From a virus (Duplodnaviria > Caudoviricetes): a stretch of DNA of 64,000 bases. Location: the IMG/VR virus record IMGVR_UViG_3300021295_000001. One strand, 5' to 3'. Both the position numbers and the translations under genes were made by a program. This document shows, piece by piece, positions 8,347 to 18,000 of the stretch. The notes beneath the pieces were generated by a model. The model had not been told where the DNA came from. It searched no databases and worked only from the letters and a program-made list of their open reading frames with translations. Every line of letters begins with the position of its first letter. The first letter of the stretch is position 1.

Positions 8347-8966
8347 ACGAAACCCTGACATACAAACTGGTGTACTCGCCCAAGGCGTCGAGGTCACAGG
8401 ACGCGGAAAGGGACGTGTCCGCCCACATCAGGCGCGACGGGAGGATAAACGTGAGGCTCAGGAAATACGGGGCCAAGCGCGAGAGAATCCTCGGGTTCAA
8501 GGACAAACTGAGGTTCTTGGTCACCTACCTCGCGTGGAACTGCGTCAAGAGGCACGTGGGCGACGGGGAGTCCACCGATTACCAGAGGAACGGCAAGGTG
8601 GCCAAGGTCGTCAACGCCGTCAACTCCGTGGCCGAGGGCTCGGACATGGACGCGCTCGTCGGGTCCCTCAGATGGCACTGCATGCGCAGGGGCCTCAAGG
8701 GAATCGAGGTGTCCCTCAGGTGTTGCAGGGAGGCCGAGGACGACGAGGTCACCCGCCTTGTCGGAGGCATGGTTGGGTTGGAGGACCGCCCCTCAGCGTC
8801 CGACCCGATGCGGGAGTTCGCCAAGGAGTTCCTGGTGGGCGACGTCAGCGTGGCGGAGTTCCTGACCGACGACGGCTACTCCATCGAAATCGGCCCCGAG
8901 CCGACCGTGCCCGCCCCCAAGTGCGCGCACTGTTCGTTGGAATCGCAGGAAACGTGCATTTGGTGA
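8343..8966 (+). CDS. hypothetical protein
   Basis: coupled ORF, GGAGG RBS. Confidence 0.7.
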   Translation: MNETLTYKLVYSPKASRSQDAERDVSAHIRRDGRINVRLRKYGAKRERILGFKDKLRFLVTYLAWNCVKRHVGDGESTDYQRNGKVAKVVNAVNSVAEGSDMDALVGSLRWHCMRRGLKGIEVSLRCCREAEDDEVTRLVGGMVGLEDRPSASDPMREFAKEFLVGDVSVAEFLTDDGYSIEIGPEPTVPAPKCAHCSLESQETCIW

Positions 8967-9149
8967 AGAAGGGGAAAGACCCCTTCTTTCTTTTATTAAA
9001 TTTTCTTTAATTACTTGGTAGATAGGGGACGTCATTCGTCATAACCACATAGTGTGGTTAGTACGTATCAAGAGAAAGAAAAATAGAAAAAGAAAGAAAA
9101 ACGGGGCGCGGAACGCGGTATAATAACGTCGTCACAAGGAGGATTCTGC

Positions 9150-9464
9150 ATGGCCATAGCGATTTGGCAACCCAAGTACTGCACCAAGGAGGTGCTGGTC
9201 GACGTGTCCAAGGTGTCGTTCGGGAGGAACGAGTTGTTCTTCTGTTGCGACGACGCCCTGCCGTCCCTGTACTCGTTCGACGGGAACAAGGTCATCACGG
9301 AGGCGAAGGCCACCACCAACGGGAGGATTCTGTGTTACGCGATACCGATGGGTTGGCTCACCGAGGAGGGACCGCTCCCCGAGAAATACCAGTACGTGAA
9401 GGACAGGGAGAGGGCGAAGTGGATGAACGCCAAGGAGAAGACCAAGAGGAGGAAGCCGAGATGA
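9150..9464 (+). CDS. hypothetical protein
   Basis: AAGGAGG RBS, TATAAT at 9119. Confidence 0.8.
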   Translation: MAIAIWQPKYCTKEVLVDVSKVSFGRNELFFCCDDALPSLYSFDGNKVITEAKATTNGRILCYAIPMGWLTEEGPLPEKYQYVKDRERAKWMNAKEKTKRRKPR

Positions 9465-9766
9465 AGCAGAGCACGGACATGAGGCTGAGGGAGTTCAAGC
9501 ACACGATGTGGGTCGACGCTACCGAGGCCGAATGGGAGGACGCGTGCGTCGAATGGAAGTTCAGGCAGAACGAGTGCGTCGACGTACTTACGCTGAGGGA
9601 CATATCGTCGCTGAGCAAGCCCAGGGTCAGGAGGGACGTAACGCTGGAGGACGGCAGGACGCTCACCAAGGCGTACGTCCTAGACGTGGCCAGGGACCCA
9701 GAGACGGACGGACACTACATAAGGTTCTGCTACGACGACGTGGTGGAGAAAGGGGAATCGAAATGA
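9461..9766 (+). CDS. hypothetical protein
   Basis: ATGA coupling. Confidence 0.7.
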   Translation: MKQSTDMRLREFKHTMWVDATEAEWEDACVEWKFRQNECVDVLTLRDISSLSKPRVRRDVTLEDGRTLTKAYVLDVARDPETDGHYIRFCYDDVVEKGESK

Positions 9767-10677
9767 GCGAATGGACTTACGTTAAGGGCTCGATGAGGCT
9801 GTTGGGCGTCGCGTTCGAATACGCGGAGCCATGGCCCAAGGAGCCAGACAAATCCTCGGACGGCACGCCCGAGTCTGAAGCAGAGTGGGACGCGTACAGG
9901 GAGGCGGTCGCCAAGGCCAGGGCGAGCGCTTACCTCCCCTACCCGAAGGAGCAGTTCGTCCTGTCGCCCCCGAAGGCGTACGAGAACAAATACTACGACT
10001 TCGAGGAGCAGAAATGGAAGCGCAGGCCAAACGAAGTCGACGCGGGAATCGAATACGATTGCTACGTCCTGTCGTTGCCCAGGCTCAGGCCCATCATCGA
10101 GGAGGCGTTCGACGAGTTCCCCGAGGGCGAGTCATACGTCATCAGGCACTCGCTCAGCCAAAACGTGTCCGACTACAGCGGTGGAACCAACTCCGTGTGC
10201 AACGAGGATATAATGCTCAGGTATTACAGGGAGGCGGTCAAGGAAAGGCACTCTATTGGCGAGGACCCAGACCGCGTGGCCCGCGAGGACGCCGACTGCA
10301 TATTCTCATGGGGCTCGGTGAAGGCCGAGCCGTCCTTCTACACCAGCGTCGAGGCCGTGTTGGTCGGAATCTACGACGACGTGAGGGACTGCGACGCCGA
10401 CGACATGCTGAAGGGCCTGCAGGGGTTCATCAGGAAAATCGAGGGCGAGGGAATCATCATCCAAGGCGGTTACCTCGAGTGGCAGGACTCCGACAGGGAG
10501 CACATCCACGCGTGGAGGCACGACTGGGGCGTCGAGGACGGGGCGCATCTGTTCATGACGCTGGACGCCAAGACGAACGCAATCGTCCACGTCACGAAAT
10601 GGGTGAAGAACAACGACAGCATGAGGCACCCGAAATACGACGTGGTCGAGGAGGACCACGGCACCGTCGCACAATAG
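9763..10677 (+). CDS. hypothetical protein
   Basis: ATGA coupling (MSEWTYV...). Confidence 0.75.
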   Translation: MSEWTYVKGSMRLLGVAFEYAEPWPKEPDKSSDGTPESEAEWDAYREAVAKARASAYLPYPKEQFVLSPPKAYENKYYDFEEQKWKRRPNEVDAGIEYDCYVLSLPRLRPIIEEAFDEFPEGESYVIRHSLSQNVSDYSGGTNSVCNEDIMLRYYREAVKERHSIGEDPDRVAREDADCIFSWGSVKAEPSFYTSVEAVLVGIYDDVRDCDADDMLKGLQGFIRKIEGEGIIIQGGYLEWQDSDREHIHAWRHDWGVEDGAHLFMTLDAKTNAIVHVTKWVKNNDSMRHPKYDVVEEDHGTVAQ

Positions 10678-10704
10678 GTGCGGTGCTTTCGAAAGGAGAA
10701 CTGG

Positions 10705-11505
10705 ATGCTGAGGAACGGGATGTTCGAAATCAACAGGGAGCACTTCGTCCCCGAAGAGGGGAAGCGTAGCCCATACAAGCAGGCGCTAGACTTCATCGAG
10801 GCGTTGCTCAATCGGGCGACCGACCTGCCACGCGACAGGCAGATGGACATCAAGGTCAGGCCATGCATCGACTTCGAGGGCGACGTGGACGTCGAGTGGT
10901 CCGTCAGGGACCACGACGGTTCGTGGGGCGAGCGCCTCGAGTGGCTGGACGCCGACGAGGTGAAGGCGAGGTGGTTACCCTACCCAGACGGGTCGGAGGA
11001 ACTCAGGACGTCCGACGTCGACCAAGACGAGGAGGTGAACCTTTGGCTCGGTGGGCACAAGGGTTGGCGCAAGAACCGCTACGGCCTATGGTTCAACCTA
11101 AAGGATAGCATCGAATCGTTCTTGGACTCCCACGGGGATGAGGTCGTCGGGAGGGCCGTGAAGGACTGTGAGCATAAACAGCCACTCGAATACGGGCACG
11201 ATTCATACGGCTTCCTAAAAGCCATCCTCGTCACGGCCGACGGCGTGCGCGACTACGCGGACGGGGCGTCGGCAATCGTCGTTGGTAGCAACATTGCGGA
11301 AGCCCTAGGCATGCACGAAGCGAAGGGGTATGCATGGATGCAGACGTGGATACCGAAGGCCCTCGACGGGGAGTTGCTCGTGGTAGAGCGCATGGCCTTG
11401 GACCCGAACATGGTGATATACCTGTCGGACGAAAACGAATACCTCGGGGCCATGAGGTTCATGCCAATCGACCTCAACGTCGGGCAAAGCGCCGCCTGGC
11501 GATAG
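10705..11505 (+). CDS. hypothetical protein, paralog of 11598..12494
   Basis: AAGGAG RBS; shared DLP..M.IKV.P, PDGS and HKGW..YG.W motifs. Confidence 0.75.
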   Translation: MLRNGMFEINREHFVPEEGKRSPYKQALDFIEALLNRATDLPRDRQMDIKVRPCIDFEGDVDVEWSVRDHDGSWGERLEWLDADEVKARWLPYPDGSEELRTSDVDQDEEVNLWLGGHKGWRKNRYGLWFNLKDSIESFLDSHGDEVVGRAVKDCEHKQPLEYGHDSYGFLKAILVTADGVRDYADGASAIVVGSNIAEALGMHEAKGYAWMQTWIPKALDGELLVVERMALDPNMVIYLSDENEYLGAMRFMPIDLNVGQSAAWR

Positions 11506-11597
11506 ACAATCCGCGGGACCGCATCCCAATGGGGTGCGGTTTTCGATTACGGTATAATAAACGCGACGACGTAACGTCGGGAACGGAGGTGCGCCAC

Positions 11598-12494
11598 ATG
11601 GCGATTAGGGAAGTTAACAGGATTGATTATTTCGATGACGGCGAAGCGGAAACATCCGTGAAGGACAGACTGTTCCGACTGCTCGCGTTCCTTTTGGAGG
11701 ACGCATCCGACCTGCCGTCCCAAGAGACGATGCAGATTAAGGTGGTTCCGAACAGGGACCTGGCGAATTCCGTGAGCGTCGAGTGGAAGGTGACGAACGG
11801 CGAGTATTCCACCGCCACGTTGGACTGGGTTTCCGACGGCGAGGTGGTCATGAAGGAAATCACGATGCCAGACGGTTCCACGCAGTACGCTTTAAGGGAC
11901 GAGGACGAGAACGAGGTCATCGACGAATGGCTCAAGACGCACAAAGGCTGGGTCAAGGGCGACTACGGCTCTTGGCACAACGTGGCCGACGACGCGCACG
12001 ATTTGCTCTGGTACAGAGCGGAATCCATCGCGTCCAACATAGCCATCGCGAAAGAGGACAAGGGGTTCACCCTCCCCAACGGGGGTGATTGCGGTCCCGA
12101 GGAAACGGCGCGGGCGGTCCTGACGCTCTTCGGGAAGGACGACAACGACTACCTGAGGCGCGCTGGGGTAATCGCCCTCGGGCCGTCGTTGGCCAAGTCA
12201 TTCGGGTTCGACGCATCCGAAGGGCGCGAGGTTAAGTTCCTCGGTTGGCACCAAGTCCACGCCAAGAAGACGCAATGGCAGGAGGCGTGGGACCACGAGG
12301 TGGCCGTGTTCGGCGTCAAGGCGTTCGGGGATTGGGACATCGTCCTGTTCACGGATAGCATGTATCAGATTCTGAATTCGACGGTCTCAGCGCCGACGGT
12401 CCCCGAGACGGAATCGGTCGGAGAAACGGCGAAGCGCAAAAGGGGCCGTCCCAAAAAGGCGGACGGCGCAAAGGAAAACGGAGGTAAGGAATAA
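11598..12494 (+). CDS. hypothetical protein, paralog of 10705..11505, with C-terminal AT-hook-like KRGRPKK
   Basis: GGAGGT RBS; shared motifs. Confidence 0.75.
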   Translation: MAIREVNRIDYFDDGEAETSVKDRLFRLLAFLLEDASDLPSQETMQIKVVPNRDLANSVSVEWKVTNGEYSTATLDWVSDGEVVMKEITMPDGSTQYALRDEDENEVIDEWLKTHKGWVKGDYGSWHNVADDAHDLLWYRAESIASNIAIAKEDKGFTLPNGGDCGPEETARAVLTLFGKDDNDYLRRAGVIALGPSLAKSFGFDASEGREVKFLGWHQVHAKKTQWQEAWDHEVAVFGVKAFGDWDIVLFTDSMYQILNSTVSAPTVPETESVGETAKRKRGRPKKADGAKENGGKE

Positions 12495-13036
12495 TGGGAC
12501 GAGAGGTAATCGTCGGTAGGATTTCCCGTTGCAAGGACGGGGAGCACGAATACGAGTTCAAGGCAAACGAGGACAGGTTCATCTGCGGTAGGACCGAGTT
12601 CACCAACGCGCTGTGGGGCCTGTTCCACAGACATGGCGACGATGTCGACGTCATCTACTTCAGGAACGACAAAGGGCTGTTCCCCGAGATAAACGACGAC
12701 CGAGACGGAATCGAGAAGGCGTACTGCGCCGAGACGGAATGCGTCCTGGACGTCGCTGGTTGCGACTTCGATAGGTTCGCGGAATTGGTCAAGGAATACG
12801 ACGACGAGGATTCCCGCGAGGTGGCTAGGTGCGAATCCATGATGCAAGACGCCAGAATCGCCAGGCAGAAGGCCGTGTCGCTCAAGGCGTTCAATGAATT
12901 CTCCAACCTAATCGACGAGTTGTCCGACCACATCAGGAACTATTCGTTCGAAGCGGAATGCTTGGCGAAATACGTGCACGCCGAATCCGAGGAACTCGGA
13001 ACGGACGAATGCGTCGCCATCGAATTCTCGGACTGA
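12494..13036 (+). CDS. hypothetical protein
   Basis: TAATG coupling. Confidence 0.75.
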   Translation: MGREVIVGRISRCKDGEHEYEFKANEDRFICGRTEFTNALWGLFHRHGDDVDVIYFRNDKGLFPEINDDRDGIEKAYCAETECVLDVAGCDFDRFAELVKEYDDEDSREVARCESMMQDARIARQKAVSLKAFNEFSNLIDELSDHIRNYSFEAECLAKYVHAESEELGTDECVAIEFSD

Positions 13037-13049
13037 ACGGGAGAGGGAT

Positions 13050-13679
13050 ATGGCGAACAAAAGGGGAGTGTACGTCGACTACGGCGACCTGTGTCGGATG
13101 CTAATCGAGTCATGCCGATACGGCTACGCAAGGAACAACCACCTGATGCCTTGGGGCGCGTTCCAGCAGTGCATGAAGTACGTGGGGAAGTTGGAGAAGG
13201 CGTCCCTTGAGTTGGCGTCCCACACGGTAAGGCAACTGTGCGAGGAATGCATATCGGCCCTGTGCTCGAATTTCCCGAACGGATACGACGTGGATTCGTT
13301 CGGCATGTGCAACAGGTCGGAATACGTCGAGTTCATCGAGTGGTGCCTTTCGTGGCTGGCCGAACGCGGGCAAGGCAAACCGTACAACGTGGATTGGTAC
13401 CGAGAGAACATGGCCATCGACGACGAGAGGGTATACGTGGCGTACGACGCCGACACTGGCGAGCAGTTGGTGGACGAGGGACACGCCATGGGGCTCAACG
13501 AGGCCAAGGACTGGGTGTTCGCCCCGTTCAATGGCCGTTGCGAAAGCGTCACGTTCAACAAGGTGGCCAAGAAGAACGATGACGGAACGTTGGACATATT
13601 CTACCGAAACTTCAGCGAGCCTTGGCGCGGGAATGTGAGGTTGCACAGATTCGCGACGAGGGAGCGAAAGCGGGATTGA
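13050..13679 (+). CDS. hypothetical protein
   Basis: RBS; followed by terminator 13667-13693. Confidence 0.75.
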   Translation: MANKRGVYVDYGDLCRMLIESCRYGYARNNHLMPWGAFQQCMKYVGKLEKASLELASHTVRQLCEECISALCSNFPNGYDVDSFGMCNRSEYVEFIEWCLSWLAERGQGKPYNVDWYRENMAIDDERVYVAYDADTGEQLVDEGHAMGLNEAKDWVFAPFNGRCESVTFNKVAKKNDDGTLDIFYRNFSEPWRGNVRLHRFATRERKRD

Positions 13680-13745
13680 CGTCCCGCTTTTTCGTTAAAC
13701 TACAACCGTCGCGTTTTGGGCCGAATGTAGTTTATGAATAGGGTG

Positions 13746-13774
13746 TTGAAACGGTCCGCGCTCGGTGGTATAAT
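13746..13774 (+). promoter_or_regulatory. sigma70/sigmaA promoter
   Basis: TTGAAA-N17-TATAAT with extended TG. Confidence 0.8.
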
Positions 13775-13798
13775 ATCCCCGAAGAGAGGCAACCGACC

Positions 13799-15046
13799 AT
13801 GAAATACAACATCCCCGTGTCCAAAATCGAGAAACTCGAGAAACTCATCGCCAAGTACAACAAAAAGGGCGCTGGAATTTCCTATGAGCGCGGTGAGGAG
13901 GTCATCGAGGACGGGACCCTCGTCTACCGTGGCGTCGACGGCATGGGCAGGCCCTTCGAGAGCCGTTCCCCCATCAAGGTCCGTTGCGTGGAGGTCGTCG
14001 TGGACGGCTCCTACGTCATCAACGGTTGGGAGTTCGTCGGCGTCTTGGAATACACTGGCTCCTCCGTCGTCGTCAGGTTGGCGGACACCAAGTTCTCTGG
14101 GAAACTCCCCGAGCGCTTCCGCGACCCCAATGACATGGTCTGCGAGCACTGCCACACCATCCGCAACAGGAAGGACCTCTACGTCATCCACAACGTCGAG
14201 ACCGACGAATACAGGAAGGTCGGCAGGCAGTGCCTCCTCGAATACACCCGCGGGATGGACGCCGACGTCTGCGCCAGCGTCATGGAGGCCCTCGGCAAGT
14301 TGGTCGAGGTGTCCGACCCCTGCGTCGGATGGGACGAGTTCATGGGCAACGGATACGACCGCTCTGGCTACGGAATGCCCCGTCGCGAGTTCACCGAAAT
14401 CGCCTACGCGATGGTCAAGAGGTTCGGGTACGTCCGCAAGGACACCGTCAACGACATCCTATCCTACGTCTACAAAAACGGCATGACCAAGGCCGAGTGG
14501 GACAAGAGGTTCGGCTCGCTCGAGATGCCCAGCGAGGCGGAGATGGCCGAAATCGACGCCTACGTCGCCGAGGAGGCCAAGAAGGACGAGGCCCTCAGGG
14601 CCAACGGCTTCGGCTCTGGCCTCACCGAATACATGAGGAACGTCGTGGCCCTTTGGTCCGCGGAATACCTCGAGACCAGGGACTTCGCCATCGTGGCGTC
14701 CTTCTGCAACGTCTTCCTCGGCAAGGTCGCCAAGGCCAAGGCGCACGCCGAGAAGGCCTCCAGCGAATGGGTCGGCAAGGTCGGCGACAAGGTCGAGTTC
14801 CCCGTCAGGTCCGCCAGGGTCCTCTACACCAAGGACTCCTATTCCTACTACGGACCCTGCTCCTACGTGTGGGAACTCATCGACCCCAACGGCAACGTGG
14901 CCATCTGGTCCACCACCCGTTCCGACCTCGACTCCGAGGGCCTCGGCAAATACAAACTCATCGGCACCGTGAAGGGCCAGAGCGAGTACAAGGGCGTCAA
15001 GCAGACCGTCCTCACGAGGTGCAAAGTGGAGGCGGTCGCTTGCTAA
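13799..15046 (+). CDS. conserved phage protein with zinc-ribbon-like CxxC and C-terminal OB-fold-like domain
   Basis: CEHC...VGRQC; VGKVGDK...GTVK..EYKGVKQTVLTR; strong codon bias. Confidence 0.7.
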   Translation: MKYNIPVSKIEKLEKLIAKYNKKGAGISYERGEEVIEDGTLVYRGVDGMGRPFESRSPIKVRCVEVVVDGSYVINGWEFVGVLEYTGSSVVVRLADTKFSGKLPERFRDPNDMVCEHCHTIRNRKDLYVIHNVETDEYRKVGRQCLLEYTRGMDADVCASVMEALGKLVEVSDPCVGWDEFMGNGYDRSGYGMPRREFTEIAYAMVKRFGYVRKDTVNDILSYVYKNGMTKAEWDKRFGSLEMPSEAEMAEIDAYVAEEAKKDEALRANGFGSGLTEYMRNVVALWSAEYLETRDFAIVASFCNVFLGKVAKAKAHAEKASSEWVGKVGDKVEFPVRSARVLYTKDSYSYYGPCSYVWELIDPNGNVAIWSTTRSDLDSEGLGKYKLIGTVKGQSEYKGVKQTVLTRCKVEAVAC

Positions 15047-15049
15047 ATT
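15041..15049 (+). promoter_or_regulatory. putative late promoter TGCTAAATT
   Basis: recurrent motif at the start of the late block. Confidence 0.7.
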
Positions 15050-15099
15050 ACACGATTCTAGTTATGCCTTATTCGCTTGAAAGGTAGGAGGAGAACATA

Positions 15100-18000
15100 A
15101 TGAAGATTAAAATCGTGAAACCCACGGGCGAGGTAGAGAGCCACGACGCTGGGATAGAGGCTTCTTTCGAGCCGTTCGAGAACGAGAGGGAAAGCAACGA
15201 GCCCGAGGCCGTCGAGAAGCAAATCGAGGCCACCGAGAAGGAAATCGAGAGGCGCCTCGAGAAGGCCAAGGAGAACTCCGAGGCCACCAAGGGCGAGGAC
15301 CACGTCGGCGATGAAGGAAAATCATTAGAAGAAAGTTTTAATAGCGGTGCAACTGTGTATGAAGTGGCAAAAGACGGTCTGCCTGAAGTCGGTAGAGAAT
15401 TTATAGCCTATTTATCAGGTCACAGGGACTACGAAATATGCAAAAGATTAGAAAAATCTAAGATGGAAACACGACCAGGTGCTGAAGGCTATATTAGTCC
15501 AGACGGTGAATTCTATAATAGCGCACATGGTTGGATTTACCCTATAACCTATGATAGTTACGTTTACATTGATGAGATAGGCCTTAAGTCGGGCAACGTC
15601 TCTAATGCGGAGACAACCGAATTTGAAGCCATGAAGCAAAAATCACTAGACACATTCATCGAGGTATTTGGCGATGAGTTGGGCAAGAGGTTGCATAACG
15701 CATTCTCAACAAAGAGGTCTAATGGTAAATTTACAGTTAGGTTACCATTCGATAGCGGGTTTAATGGTTACGACGAAAAAGCAGACATCAATTATTACAG
15801 TGTTTGTGGCAACTCTGGTAAAGAATATGATAAATTCGTTAACCAACTCGTAAATAACGGTTTCTCAAGAAATGAGGCTTTGAAGGTATTAGACATAATT
15901 TCTAAATATGAGTGGCGGAGCGAGTTTGCAAACGATGCCTTCAGAGAAAAGAGAAGTGATATCGAGAAATACATCAAAGGCACAAACGAATCTCCCGAAG
16001 AAAATAACGAAGATGTCACGGACTCAAAAGTAGCGGACGATAAAACCAAGACTGTCGGCGAGGAAATCACCGAGTCCTTCAAGAACAGGAAGGACCTTTC
16101 CTCTCGCATACAGTCGCTCAAGGCCGAGGGCATCGCCTTCAAGGTCAACAGGAGCGCCACCGAGGGCATGAGGTACGACCTCACCTACGCGAAGCCTATC
16201 GTCGAAGGGGAAGGCGACGCCATCGAGGTCACCGACGAGGTGAACGTCGAGGAACCCATCGAACCCGTCGAGGCCAAGCACGTCGGCGCCGATGAAATCG
16301 AATCCGCCGTCAGGGAAATCGCGTCCAAATACAACGGCGAGGGCTCCGAGGCCCAAATCGGCGTGGACGAATTCTCCAAGGAAGGCGAGGGCGACAAGCA
16401 CATCAAACTCACGGTCCTGGGCGGGCTTAACGGCTTCGGCGAATGGGACAGGTACCTCACCGCCCTCGGTTCGTTCCTTTCCGAAATCAAGGAAGAGACG
16501 GGATGGAACCCCCGCGTCGAGGAGTTGGCGAGCGACATCGCCGACGACACCTTCTCCGTCACCCTGCATCTCTACGACGAGGAACTGGATGGCTCAATCG
16601 AGGAGTCCATCGGCAAACTCAAGGAGTGGTACGAGGGCAGGAAGGCAGAGGCCGAGATTGGGGAAAGCGTCGAAGAAGGCGCGGAAGGCAAGCGCGTCGA
16701 AGGCAAGGAATACGTCATATTCGACGCATCCGAAGAAGGCAAAGCGCCGATTCTCGACATCCGTAGCACACGCGTCGAGGCGGAGAGCAGAGCCAACGAA
16801 CTCAAAAAGACTGGCGAATACGACAGCGTGTCGTTCGACGAAGCACCCAAGGGACGCTTCCACAAGGGAGACGATTTCTGGGGACCGTTCGAAGGAGACG
16901 ATTGGCATCTCGCGGAAGAGAAGCGGGAACTCAAAGAAGGCGAAAAGCACGAAGAAGGCAATGACAATCTGTTCGGTTACGTGAACGGCGACCTCGCCGA
17001 CTTCAAGGCCGAGGAACTCATCGACAAGGTCAAGGAGAGGAAGCAGTCGCTTCACACGGTCAGGTACATCAAGGACACCGACGACGTGAAGACGGTCGCA
17101 TACATCTTCTGCTCACCGATGGGCTTCGGCGAGGAACCCGCGGTGTTCGTGGACGTCGTCGAAGACACATGGACACGCAACCCTGGCGACGCAGACGACA
17201 TCAACAGTTACTATGGCACCAACAAGCAGGAACGCATAAAACTCGATTGCGCGGGTTCATGCGGTGAAGGCGAAGAGGGCTTCGCGAAAGCCATCGAGGT
17301 GCTCAACAAATACAGAGACGAAAGACTTAAAAAGAAAGAAGACATTGAGGAGAAAACCGAAATGAAGGAAGAGAAGAAAGAAATCGAGGAAATCGCTGAT
17401 TTCCACTTCGAGTGGAGGGACGACGAGGACGAGCATCTTGTGGTCGTCGCGACCTTCCCTGATGGCCACGAGGAGGACGTCGGTTCATATGAATCAGAAA
17501 CCGAGAAGCCCGAGTTCCTCAAGGCTCAGGAAAACGGCGACGAACTAGCGTTCGAGAACTATGACTACGAAGACTGGTACGACGATGCACTCGACAAACT
17601 CCACAGCATTGGGCTTTACCTCACTGGCGAATTGGAATCGAAGCACGTCACCAAGTGGAAAAAACCCGTGAAGGAAGAGAAGAAAATCGAAGAGGCTTGG
17701 AAGAAGGTCGTGAGCAACCACGGCCTCCGCGACGCCATCGACGCCGAGGACTACGACGGCATCAGGAAGGCGGCCATCGCCATCCTCAAGGACGTCGAGG
17801 AATTCCTTGGCGACAACACTGAGACCATGGACCTAATCGACCAGTTCGAGAGCATCGAGGAGGACGAGGAGGATTTCGACTACGCGTTGGACGAACTCTA
17901 CGACCTCTGCGACAACGTCGGCGTGTTCATCAGACTCGACGCGGAAGAGGCGCTCAAGGAAGGCGAAGGCAAAGAATGCCACGAAGGCGAGTGCAAAGGA

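Noticed and set aside
9763-11505. TAG readthrough or stop-codon recoding (ORF continues in frame after TAG 10677)
   Set aside because: The downstream ORF has its own AAGGAG RBS and ATG at 10705; all three stop codons end genes normally; no suppressor tRNA
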